DNA of 64,000 bases, from contig CP068257.2 in NCBI GenBank assembly GCA_009914755.4, positions 28,320,001 through 28,384,000 on the forward strand, read 5' to 3'. Shown here in pieces: positions 1 to 10,213 of the stretch. The DNA comes from the human T2T-CHM13v2.0 reference genome, Homo sapiens. Both the position numbers and the translations under genes were made by a program. The notes under the pieces were generated by a model. It was not told the origin of the DNA, searched no databases, and was given only the letters and a program-made list of their open reading frames with translations. The first letter of the stretch is position 1. Each line of letters opens with the position of its first letter.

Positions 1-361
1 ATAATTTTGAAAAACATTGTAGATTTTTCTGGAAGTCTCCTTGGAAAGACAGAGGAAATAAGTTACATTGCATGTTATATATTAATATGTCTTTAAAATC
101 ACCCTTGCATCTATCTCTTGCCCCAAGTTTCAGCTCTCTATAACAATATTTATTTCCTTTCCTTTTCTTAAAAAACAATCAAACAGAAACTTTTCTTCTC
201 TAACCACCATCTTCTGAAATGTGAAAACTTTGCAGCTTTCATCCTCTTAGACATGAAGCTCGGAAGCCAGTCTTGGCCTTGGGTAGTTTCATTGCATAAT
301 GCCACACTTACATCTCAATTTTATTATTAAGCACGTCATATTCTTGTTAATTATATATTAG

Positions 362-697
<336 letters not shown>

Positions 698-1065
698 TAG
701 GTTATTTATATTAGGTAGGAAATACATGTTTATTGACTGAAAACAATTATATTTAGACATCAGCTAATTATTTTTCAAATCACAATTATTTTCACAAAAT
801 TTCCCTGGACTTCGTAGGTTGAAGAAAACTCTCTTATAGATTCCCTAAATCAATTAATTTTATTTCTGGTCTCTGGCTTACACTTACCATATGCTTCATC
901 ACGCTAAGTTAATTCCATACATATTATATCCTTATTCTGCTAATCAAAGTTTATTAGTCTTTGTATTCCCAATACCCACCCTATGGTTTGACTAGGTCAG
1001 GTGCCGAAAAAGTATTTTTTGTAAGTAAAGCTGTGAAGGTATCAATGAATGAATGTCTGTTCTCG

Positions 1066-1256
1066 TGTTTAGGTTTGTGTTTGCGAACTGTTGTTTCTCT
1101 CTATATTTTCTTGCTCTCTATAAAACACGTCTGTTTCTGATTGTTCATCTTATACTAACCCAGTTTGATTTTGCTTGACAGCAGGGACCTTTTTTTTCTT
1201 AGTTTGTATTCGTTTATTACATGTCCTGTTTTTACATTTTACTTTTTGCTAATGCC
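1066..1256 (+). repeat. Copy A of an unclassified ~190-bp repeat; the homologous copy B is at 3561-3755
   Basis: GTGTTTAGGTTTGTGTTTGCGAACTGTTGTTTCTCTCTATATTTTCTTGCTCTCTATAAAACACGTCTGTTTCTGATTGTTCATCTTATACTAACCCAGTTTGATTTTGCTTGACAGCAGG... aligns colinearly, at roughly 70-75% identity, with 3561-3755 (GTGTTTAGGTTTGTTTTTATGCACTATTATCAACAATCTGTGTATTTTTCTCTCTACATATAAAACTCTTCTCTTTTTATGATTGTCTGCCTTATGCTAATCCAGTTTTATTTTACTTGAGATCG...). Confidence 0.6.
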
Positions 1257-2544
1257 AATTGCTTAAAATATACTAATTGAATGAAGACTTGCAATCACAG
1301 TCCTGTGGGATATCCAGTCTGTTATCCTCACAATGACATCCTCAAGTTTAAAAAGTGGGCACTCATAAGAAATTGAACAAACTTTGTGATATCCTAGCAA
1401 CAAAGAAGGGGCAAAAACTACTGAAAAGTTTCCTGATGGTGTTTATCCCCATGTGATATTGCACCTTCTGAGAACATGTTTGAAATTTAGTACCTGTTCA
1501 CAGGGAATTTTTAAAACATTAACACTTAGTTGCACTAACCTGTGTTGTGTGTGTTGTTTTTTTTTGTTTGTTTTCAGTAGCAATGTACATCTAAAAGTTT
1601 TCTCAATTGGATTACGTGTCATAGAAAGTACATATGTCTTCTACAGCATCTGCAAGACATTTGAAATATTTTATGAATCTTTTAGCAGAGAATAACATCA
1701 CCTACTTGAAAGTGCAAAAAACTTTTGAAAAATTATGTGGAGATGGTTCAAGTGTACCAAAATAGGACCACTGCATAGAAAATGATAAATGTCCCTTTAA
1801 TTAGAATGACAGCAGGAATTTAGGAAGGCAGAATTTAATGTAATTAAAATTAGAAAATCATTGTTAACAAGAGTTATGTTACATTTCTTGACGAGAACAC
1901 AATGAGGAATTTTTAATTTCGGATGAATCAATAATTTTATTTTTATGTCTCTCTTGAGCCTGTTCTAATTAAAAGAGTATGGAAGATCAATTAGAGGAAA
2001 CATTCTAAACTTCCCTTGTCTCAATTACAAAATTTTGCTTGAGAAGTATGTTCACAACATTTAGTGAAAGTTAAAAAACTGATACTTTAAAAACAAATAT
2101 GAATGTAAGGAACCAAGAATATTATTCAAGTCCAGGAGTAAAGAATAGATATAGCTGTACAATTTATTTTTGTTCATTACTGCTTACCTACTTATTGACA
2201 TTTTTAAAATTAAAGTATATATTTAAATAGTTACTAAAATGAATATGCTAGTAATTCAGAAAATTTGGAAACACAGAAAAGAACAGAGGGAAATTACCCA
2301 AAACCCTGCCAGGTAAGAATAACCACTGTTGATATTTTCTTCTAGTCTTTCTCCAGGTCAGACATATTTCAAGACGATGGTCGCCCTGTTCAAAATATTT
2401 TGTAGCACACTTTTCTACTTAGAAATTTATCCAGAACACTTTTCATATCAAATATTATTCCACTGAGTGATTTAATGGCCACATGGCATCATCCCATATG
2501 GGTGTAACAGTGTATATTAATGTCCCACCAGTTCACATTTGTTT

Positions 2545-2855
2545 CTAGTTTATTATTGTTTTTATTATTAATATTCTTTTAAATTGATAACTCATAATTA
2601 TATATATTTATGGGGTACCATGTGATGTGTTGATTTATGCATATAATTTGAAATAATTAAACTGAGCAAATTAACATATCCATCACCTCATTTGCTTATC
2701 ATTTTTATGGTGAGACAATCAAAATGTACTTAGTTATTTTGAAATATACAATACATTATGATTGACTCCAGTCACCCTACTGTGCAATAGATCTCAAATG
2801 TATTCCTGCTGTCTATCTGAAACTTTGTACCCTTTGACCAACAATGCTTATTGAC
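2545..2855 (-). mobile_element. L1 3'-end fragment, minus orientation
   Basis: The T-rich left edge is the poly(A) tail read in reverse. TATGGGGTACCATGTGATGTGTTGATTTATGCATATAATTTGAAATAATTAAACTGAGCAAATTAACATATCCATCACCTCAT...GGTGAGACAATCAAAATGTACTTAG...TATACAATACATTATGATTGACTCCAGTCACCCTACTGTGCAATAGATCTC...GAAACTTTGTACCCTTTGACCAAC matches the reverse complement of old L1 3'UTRs. It is colinear with the reverse complement of the bona fide L1 3' end at 37150-37510. Confidence 0.55.
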
Positions 2856-3339
2856 ATTTTTTATTAAGGAAGAAAAGTTTTATCATGATCACATTCTGAA
2901 CCTGCATGGTGAATTTAAATTGTAAATTATGCATTGCAATTGCACATCAGGTTTTTCAGCTTTGATTCTCTTAATTGAACATAAACTTAAGATTAAGGTG
3001 CTCAGTTTATTAAGCAGAAGAAACACCACATAAAACAGTTCTACACTGTGTCAAAAAGGAAAAAAAATGCTACAAATAAATTGTATTGTACCACATATTA
3101 AATGAGAAAAAAAATGCTTAAAGAGAAATTATTTTTAACATACTAATGAAAAGAGGGAAGTTTTTAATTTATTGTGGTAATTACAGCTTAGATATGGATT
3201 TAAATGTTAGTTATCACCACTCGTGTGTGGTGCCACTACTGTCTTGGGATGGAGAGCATGGTAGGGTAGGAGAGTTTTGGACTCGGAATTTATCACTACC
3301 ACTGTGCCAATAATAATATTGAAAGTTAATTTTTATTGA

Positions 3340-3546
3340 ATTTAATATGTACCAGTTACTTTATATGCATTATCTCTTTAAATCTTCACAGAAATCCTGT
3401 GAGGTACTATAATCGTTACTCACCTTTTTCAGATGACTAGTTGGAGTTACAGGAAAGTTAAGCAAACTGACAAAAATTAGTAGCCAATAAGAGCCAAAGC
3501 TAGGATTCAAATCAAGTCTTTTAATTCATAAGACTGTGCTCCTCAG
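3340..3546 (-). mobile_element. MIR SINE, minus orientation
   Basis: TAAATCTTCACAGAAATCCTGTGAGGTACTATAATCGTTACTCACCTTTTTCAGATGACTAGTTGGAGTTACAGGAAAGTTAAGCAAACTGACAAAAATTAGTAGCCAATAAGAGCCAAAGCTAGGATTCAAATCAAGTC matches the reverse complement of the MIR consensus (TTAATCCTCACAACAACCCTATGAGGTAGGTACTATTATTATCCCCATTTTACAGATGAGGAAACTGAGGCACAGAGAGGTTAAGTAACTTGCCCAAGGTCACACAGCTAGTAAGTGGCAGAGCCGGGATTCGAACCCAGG). Confidence 0.6.
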
Positions 3547-3560
3547 AATTTAATGTTCTA

Positions 3561-3755
3561 GTGTTTAGGTTTGTTTTTATGCACTATTATCAACAATCTG
3601 TGTATTTTTCTCTCTACATATAAAACTCTTCTCTTTTTATGATTGTCTGCCTTATGCTAATCCAGTTTTATTTTACTTGAGATCGAGAAAAATTTCCTTC
3701 CTTATTTTGTATGCTTTAATTACATTTCCTACTTCCACACTTGTCTAATGCTAAG
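3561..3755 (+). repeat. Copy B of the unclassified ~190-bp repeat; partner at 1066-1256
   Basis: Colinear similarity to 1066-1256 (see that feature). Confidence 0.6.
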
Positions 3756-3787
3756 TAGATATGCTAATAAGTGCTAATGAGTTGTTG

Positions 3788-3926
3788 GGGCCAGGATTCA
3801 AACCACGGAATCTAACTTGCTTGAGCCCGTGTTCTTCACAACAGGGCCACATGGCTTCAAGAAAGACAAGTTATCTCTCTGACTCAGTTTCCTCATCTAT
3901 AAAATGTGTAAAGGGAGTTAGATGCC
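3788..3926 (+). mobile_element. MIR SINE fragment (core region), cut off by the THE1 LTR insertion
   Basis: GCCAGGATTCAAACCACGGAATCTAACTTGCTTGAGCCCGTGTTCTTCACAACAGGGCCACATGGCTTCAAGAAAGACAAGTTATCTCTCTGACTCAGTTTCCTCATCTATAAAATGTG matches the MIR core (...CTCTCTGTGCCTCAGTTTCCTCATCTGTAAAATGGGG). Confidence 0.6.
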
Positions 3927-4293
3927 TGATATGATTTGGCTCTGTGTCCCCACCCAAATCTCATCCTGTAGCTGCTATAATTCCTACATGTTGTGGGAGG
4001 GACCTGATGGGAGATGACTGAATCATGGAGGCAGGTATTTCCTGTGCTGTTCTGGTGATAGTGAATGGATCTCATGAGATCTGATGGTTTAAAAAAAGGG
4101 AGTTTCCCTGCACACACTCTCTCTTTGCCTGCCACCATCCATGTAAGACGTGACTTGCTCCTCCTTGCCTTCCACCATGATTGTGAGGCCTCCCCAGCCA
4201 CGCAGAACTGTGAGTCCAGTTATACCTCTTTCTTTTGTAAATTGCTCAGTCTTGGGTATGTCTTTATCAGCACTGTGATAATGAACTAATACA
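3927..4293 (+). mobile_element. THE1-type MaLR solo LTR
   Basis: Begins TGATATGATTTGGCTCTGTGTCCCCACCCAAATCTCATCCTGTAGCTGCTATAATTCCTACATGTTGTGGGAGGGACC and ends ...CAGCACTGTGATAATGAACTAATACA, with the TG...CA LTR termini and the internal CTTTAAAAAAAGGGAGTT and CCATGATTGTGAGGCCTCCCCAGCCA blocks of the THE1 consensus as I recall it. The track ORFs 3893..4201(-) and 4065..4289(+) are inside it. Confidence 0.75.
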
Positions 4294-5700
4294 TTGCCTT
4301 TTAAGGACCTTTTCCTCTCAATAGTTTAATCATTGTATATGATTATTCTAGGCCAATGCAGGGCTAAGGAAAATAGAGCTCTTTATGGAACAGAACAATA
4401 AACATTGCTGTATTGCGATTTTCAATGGCTGGGGCTGGTCTTAGTTTCCATTCCTACAGGACCCAGTTAAGGATTGAAATATAAGTAGTGTGGGATCCCA
4501 GGACATATCAGTAGGAAAGCAGAGCAGTGAAGTTAAGTGGGCTGGTGATATGGTGTGCTATCAAGCAAGTCACCACTGTGGATAAAAGCAGCTTAATCTC
4601 TCAAGGGAATTCAGAAAAGCACAGAACACAGCTTGGAAGTTCCATTATGTGAGAGAGGCTGCCAGGATACTTACTAGTGAGGGCTACTCCCAGAGGCTAG
4701 TTAGGCACTTCCAGCCTGCTAAGTCTGTAAACAGAAAGGGCTCAAGAGACCAGAGGAAGCACCCAGGCAAAGAAATTCAGGTGCAAACCATTTAAAATCA
4801 CACCTGAAGGATTTAGGGGATCTGCCTGGAGACACTTTTCCACAGGATGTGCTGACAAACTTAACTTTTAGGTTAAGAGTTATTCTGAAACGTTTTTTTG
4901 TTTGCTATTGTACAGTTAACTTTATTTTCTGGAATAATACAGTCTTCTTCCTTGTCTTAGTAAATGCAGTGTAAAGAACATAATTGAATCTCTTTGATGA
5001 TTAAGTTTCCTGAAGTCCCTCAGTGCCCTATTATGACCAAAGTTTGGGTATTTTCATTTTACCTCAGAAAATGGTTTCACATACCATGACGCCTCAGAGA
5101 AATAGTTCATATGAGATCTCTGAAAATACAAGGAGAGAACTTGGAAGCCCAAATGATGGCTTTTATTTTTTTCTGCCTTGCCTCAGAGAAATGCACCTAC
5201 CATAAACGCAATTCTAATCCTTTTAGAGCAAAACAATTTCCAGCTCTACTTTTGTGACATCTTAGCGTACCCTTAGAAATATAATTCTCAAGAAAACACA
5301 CACATAAAGCAACAGCCAACAAATTTTGAATCAATCCTATTTCATTTTATTTTCAAAATGTACATAGAGCATGAAACACATTTTAGGAAGTAGTTCCTTT
5401 AATGAAATAACATCAGAATAATAGGTGCTCTAATCTACAATGCTTACTAATAACTGCTTTATTAAGCTAAGAGAGAATAAAAATCATGGACACTGAAGGA
5501 CCATGAAAAGAACATATGTACTGACCCAAAGTGGTTCTAATTTTTAGGACTGAAAAGGAGATTCACTGAGTGAAGAGAGGAAATAAATTATTACACAAAA
5601 AATTAAATTTTTTTATACAGCCTTTAAATTTGTTTTTCTAGATTCCCTGTTGCTCTTGTACCTTTCCACTTTTTAATAAATTTATTTTGTTATGTGAGAT

Positions 5701-5760
5701 TTCCTCTCTCTCTCTCTTTCTTTCTTCCGCCTCTTTTCTCCCAAACCCTTTCTCCATCTT
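5701..5760. repeat. Polypyrimidine (CT-rich) tract of about 60 bp
   Basis: ttcctctctctctctctttctttcttccgcctcttttctcccaaaccctttctccatctt. Confidence 0.8.
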
Positions 5761-6556
5761 AGCCAGTGTGGGGCAAGAAGATAGCTATTATTACAGAACT
5801 TCTCTCTCTTGCAGTCCTAAACATTCTCTATTGATTTCAGAAGAGGCATTCTGGGAAATTCACAGACATGGCTTTGAATTTCTTGTTTTGGTCCTTTCAG
5901 CAAATTTATAAAATGATATATAATGTATCTGTCATACTGTTTTTCAACATCCATTCAAATAAAAATTAATTTAATCTTAAAATTGAATATATAATTTTGT
6001 TTTGAAAGTGGTTAAAGAATGCTTAAATGTGTCTACAAAGAATAGCATGACATCTTTAATGCAAATATTTATAACTGAGAATTGTTTAAATGACTTTGTA
6101 GGTTCAACATCCTATGTTAACTGGAAGCAAACACATATTCCAGTTTATATTAATAGCATCTTTTTGGAAGAGACCGCTACTGTTCATTGAAGTCCTTTGT
6201 CACCTTCCTCTGTGATAAGAGTTGTAACTAGAATACAGTTACCCGGAGAAAGACTATATTTTTTAGTCCCGCTTGAAGCTATGTTTGACCAATTAACTAA
6301 ATTATTGCCAGTGGAATGTGAACAGAAATGGTGGGTACTAATTCTGCTCCTGAGTCTTAGAAAATTGAACATATGTTATTCCATGTCCTTCTGCCCCTTT
6401 TATGGAACATAGCTTTGAACCTTCAGATAAGGACAATGCTCAAGGAGGTGAAAAAGTAAAAATATGCAAAGAAACTGGGCCCTAAAGGATTGCGTAGACT
6501 GGGGGAGTCTCCTGTGAAAGTATCTGGCTTATTGTAGAATTTATATGTGGCATCAG

Positions 6557-6582
6557 AAAACAAACAAACAAACAAAAAAAAA
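6557..6582. repeat. (CAAA)n-like short tandem repeat
   Basis: gaaaacaaacaaacaaacaaaaaaaaa. Confidence 0.85.
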
Positions 6583-7391
6583 TGATGTTTTCTTTAAACC
6601 GTTTATTTTGGGGTCTCTTTGTTCTTTATATTAGCTAATGCATTACTCAATAGGCAGGGATGTTTCTATCCCCTGAAGCCACAGCAATTATCTCAAAGAA
6701 ACTTTATTCTCCTCACCAAGCAAAGGAGGTTAGGGAGCACAGAGTTGATTAATGCGTGCTTCCAGTCTGGGCATAATGGAACAGCTCATTAAATACATTG
6801 TTGAACTGTTGGTAGCAGACATTTGAGAAAACAGCATAAAGGTTATAAAGGTTGCTTTTTTTTTCCCCCCTACCAAATGGAAATCTTATTGCTTTGAAAG
6901 TAATTTAAGATGAGCTTTAAATCTCAAAAGTGCAATGATTATACCTACATAATTTCCATGTTTATGGATTCAAACACAAATACTCTGGTGGTAAGGATGG
7001 GAAATTAACATCCTTATATCTGCCATCAATTTCATCTAATATCATGATGACCGTATGGTTTTGGAATTATCAGTCTAATGTAAAATTGACAAAAATGAAA
7101 CTCATTTTTTGACAATGGAGATAATAATGATAATAGCAGAAAAGGGAGAAAAGTATAGAGAAAGGTAAAGGAAGAAAAAATGTGTATGATTGCATCTAAC
7201 GCAAAAGAAAATCAAAGAATAGACATACAATTGCTTATTTGATAAAGAAGGATCCCAGTCATACAGTTGCTTGAGGGTGGTAGAGGAAACAACACCTGGT
7301 GGCTGTATGTTCTTGGACTGTTATGTCAGATCTCCAAAAATAGCTTCTTGAATAGTTGTATTAATAAAATTTGGAAGTTTGCCATAGCCAT

Positions 7392-8472
7392 TGTATTAGT
7401 TTCCTAAGGCTGCTGTCATTTATCTCAAACTGGGTGGCTTAAAATAACAGGAATGTATTCTCTCATTGTTCTGGAGGCTAGAAGTCCAAAATCAAGGTGC
7501 GAGCAGAGCCATGCTCCCTCCAGAGCCTGTAGGGAAAGATTCTGCCTTTTGTCATCAAGCTTCTGCTAGTCCCAGGCATTCTTTGGCTTGGGGCAGCCTA
7601 ATTCCAATCTCTGCCCCCATCTTCACAGCTGTCTCCTTCTGTCTGAGTGCCTTTGTGCAACAAGAGAGTTCCCTGACCCCCTCGCAGGACATGTGACACG
7701 GGTGTGGCTCGTCTGTTCAGCCGCTGCGCATGCTCAAACCCCTTATGGGAGGGGAAGCACACAGACGGGCAGGTGCAGGAGCCTGGGCAAGCACTTTTTG
7801 GGCTCCAACCCCACGGTGACATCTAAGGGTGGGTGCCGGCAACTCCCAATAGTGCTCTTTTATTTCTGCCATCTGCAGACGACTTGTGTTAACCAGCTCA
7901 GTGCCCTCTTAGTACCCAGGTTCTTGTCCGGCATCCAGGAACAATCAGGTCACACACGGACTTGAAGGATAGTGAATGCAGAGGTTTTATTGAGTGGTGG
8001 AGGTGGCTCTCAGAGAGATGGATGGGGAGCTGGGAAAGGGATGGAATGGGAAGATGATCTTCCCCTGAAATTTGGCCATCCAGTGGCTGATCTCTTGGAC
8101 TATCCCCAGCTGCGCTTCTCTTGACGTTCAGACATTCCTTCCCTTCTCTCCTTCTCTGCTGCACCAATCCGCCTAAATAGGAATGTCTATTCCTATTTAG
8201 GGCCGTGGGTTTCCAGGCTTGGGGTTGGGGCCTTTGCTGGGGAACTGCCCTCTTCTACCCTGTACTTCCCTGTTTCCTGTGTGTGTCATCTGCATCTTAA
8301 CATGAATGTCTCCCCTCTTCTGATAAAACATCAATCATACTGGGTTAAGGGTCCACCGTGCTCCAGTATGTCCTCATCTTAATGCAACTAACTGCATCTT
8401 TAATGACCCTTTTTATAAAGGCTTAGGACTTTAACATATCTTTTTATTGGAGAAATGATTCAACCTATGGCA
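7392..8472 (+). mobile_element. MLT1-type MaLR LTR (+), interrupted by about 600 bp of other, GC-richer sequence (roughly 7690-8280)
   Basis: 5' part TGTATTAGTTTCCTAAGGCTGCTGTCATTTATCTCAAACTGGGTGGCTTAAAATAACAGGAATGTATTCTCTCATTGTTCTGGAGGCTAGAAGTCCAAAATCAAGGTGCGAGCAGAGCCATGCTCCCTCCAGAGCCTGTAGGGAAAGATTCTGCC...CAGGCATTCTTTGGCTTGGGGCAGCC. 3' part ...CATCTTAACATGAATGTCTCC...GGGTCCACCGTGCTCCAGTATGTCCTCATCTTAATGCAACTAACTGCATCTTTAATGACCC...TTAACATATCTTTTTATTGGAGAAATGATTCAACCTATGGCA. Both ends follow the MLT1 LTR architecture. The track ORFs 7466..7696, 7588..7965, 7598..7822(-) and 7898..8167(-) fall here. Confidence 0.65.
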
Positions 8473-8769
8473 TAATTAGTAGCAAATTAATTTTCCCAAA
8501 TGAAATATAATATTCTACTAAGATTGGTCTATTTTTAGTTCTTCTGATTCTTCTATTTTAAAAGAACTGAAAAAAATCCTGACTTTATAACACACTAAAA
8601 ATAATTATTAAAATACGTAACTGAGAGTTAAATCATCTTGTTTTTATCTTAAAATAAAGGCAAAAATGTGTCAAAATTCAAAAAGACTGTTTTCATTGCC
8701 CATTCAGCAAACTCTGTATCTGTAAGCTTTCTTTCTTTCCTAGAAATGGCATTAAGCATTGAATGGGCC

Positions 8770-8788
8770 AAAAAAAAAAAAAAAAAAA
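8770..8788. repeat. Poly(A) run of 19 nt
   Basis: gggccaaaaaaaaaaaaaaaaaaagg; it may be the tail of an unrecognised retroposed sequence to its left. Confidence 0.9.
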
Positions 8789-9836
8789 GGTAAATAAAAA
8801 GACTTGGACACTTTACAATCAAATTGCACTTGGCAAAGGAAAGAACTTCAATATGCTTTTTAGAAAGATCTTGTGTATAGAATCATACCCATAATATACA
8901 GTCATTAAAGCTGTCAAAGTCACAAATAAAAATCCAATTATAATAAATTAGTTTATATTTCTTAAAGATTTTAAAAATTGATTTCTAAATAAAGCAATCC
9001 AAAATATCTCATAAAAATCTTCCAACATTTATAAAATAACAGCAGATTGTTTTACCGTATTGGTCTTTATGTATTGTATTTGACCATTCTTCCTCTGTTT
9101 GTCTTTTACAGGGGCTTTGAAATAAAAGATCTTCTATTTCTTATTCTGTTTCCCAAAACAGCTTTATTTGTGTGAGAACCAGTGAAGAATTGGGCAAACC
9201 TTCTTTTTCATGAAACTAGTAAGAAGTTTGACAGTCTGGCTGCTAGCCTGAATTTTATGGCACAACTGTACTTATAAAGATAGAATTTCAATTACACAAA
9301 TCACCTTGGCACTGTCTTTTTAAAAGAGAACAGTTTATCCCCCTCATATTTCAGTAATATTCTTCTGAATTAGATCTATGCTACCAAAACCAAATCAAAA
9401 GCTACATTACATGCCACATTATAAAAGATCAGGCTTTATAAGAGATTTGAGTTTCCTCAAATGAAAGAACAGGCTACCTTACTAATTGTGTTAAGGATCT
9501 AGAAAACAAGGAAACATTCTTGACTCTATCTTGCTTACTTCCCTAATATTATAATTAAAGACTAGAATAGTAAATAAGCTCCTTAAGTACAAGCAATAAA
9601 TAGGATCAACTGTAAAACCACAATTTCACTACAAGACGACATTCCTTTTTTAAACAGTTTTTTTCTCTACATCTTATGTCAGTAAATAACAATGTATTGT
9701 CTTCTTGAGAGCTATAATATGACTTCGTTTTCTACCAATTTCCTTTGTAATGTCCTATAGGGAAAGGTATCTTTCAAATTCAAATCCCCAGCGTAGCTCT
9801 TGGCATATGTTAGATGTTCAATAAATGTCTGCAGTG

Positions 9837-10213
9837 TGCTATGGGTTGAATGTTTTTGTCCTCAGACCCCAAATTCATTTGTTGAAACATTAAGTCCCAA
9901 TGTGACGGTATTTGGAGGTGGGGCCTTTCGGAAACATTTAGCCCATGAAAGGGGAGCCCTCATGAATGAGATTAGTGCCTTCATAAGAAAAGACATGAAA
10001 GAGACAATCTGTCTCTCTTTCTCCCATGTGAGGATACAGCAAGAAGGTGGCTGGCTGTCTTCAAACCAGAAATAGAGCTCTCACCACACACTGAATCTGC
10101 TGGCACCTTGATCTTGGACTTCCCAGGCTCTCGAACTGTAAGAAATAAATGTTTGCTGTTTAAGTCACCCAGGCTATGATAATTTGTTATGTCAGCCAGA
10201 GCTAACTAAAACA
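9837..10213 (-). mobile_element. MaLR solo LTR (MST/MLT-like), minus orientation
   Basis: TGCTATGGGTTGAATGTTTTTGTCCTCAGACCCCAAATTCATTTGTTGAAACATTAAGTCCCAATGTGACGGTATTTGGAGGTGGGGCCTTTCGG...CCCTCATGAATGAGATTAGTGCCTTCATAAGAAAAGACA...CCATGTGAGGATACAGCAAGAAGG...CACACACTGAATCTGCTGGCACCTTGATCTTGGACTTCCCAGGCTCTCGAACTGTAAGAAATAAATGTTTGCTGTTTAAGTCACCCAGGCTATGATAATTTGTTATGTCAGCC is the reverse complement of the TGTCTTAGTC...GCTGCTATAACAAA...TTCTGGAGGCTGGGAAGTCCAAGATCAAGGTGCCAGCAGATTC...CCTCACATGGTGGAAGG LTR family. The track ORF 9800..10075 is inside it. Confidence 0.65.

Noticed and set aside
7588-7965. 125-aa ORF inside the MLT1 LTR insert
   Set aside because: It is LTR/nested-repeat sequence. An overlapping antisense ORF has similar length. 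There is no Kozak-like start context of note and no domain similarity recognisable by eye.
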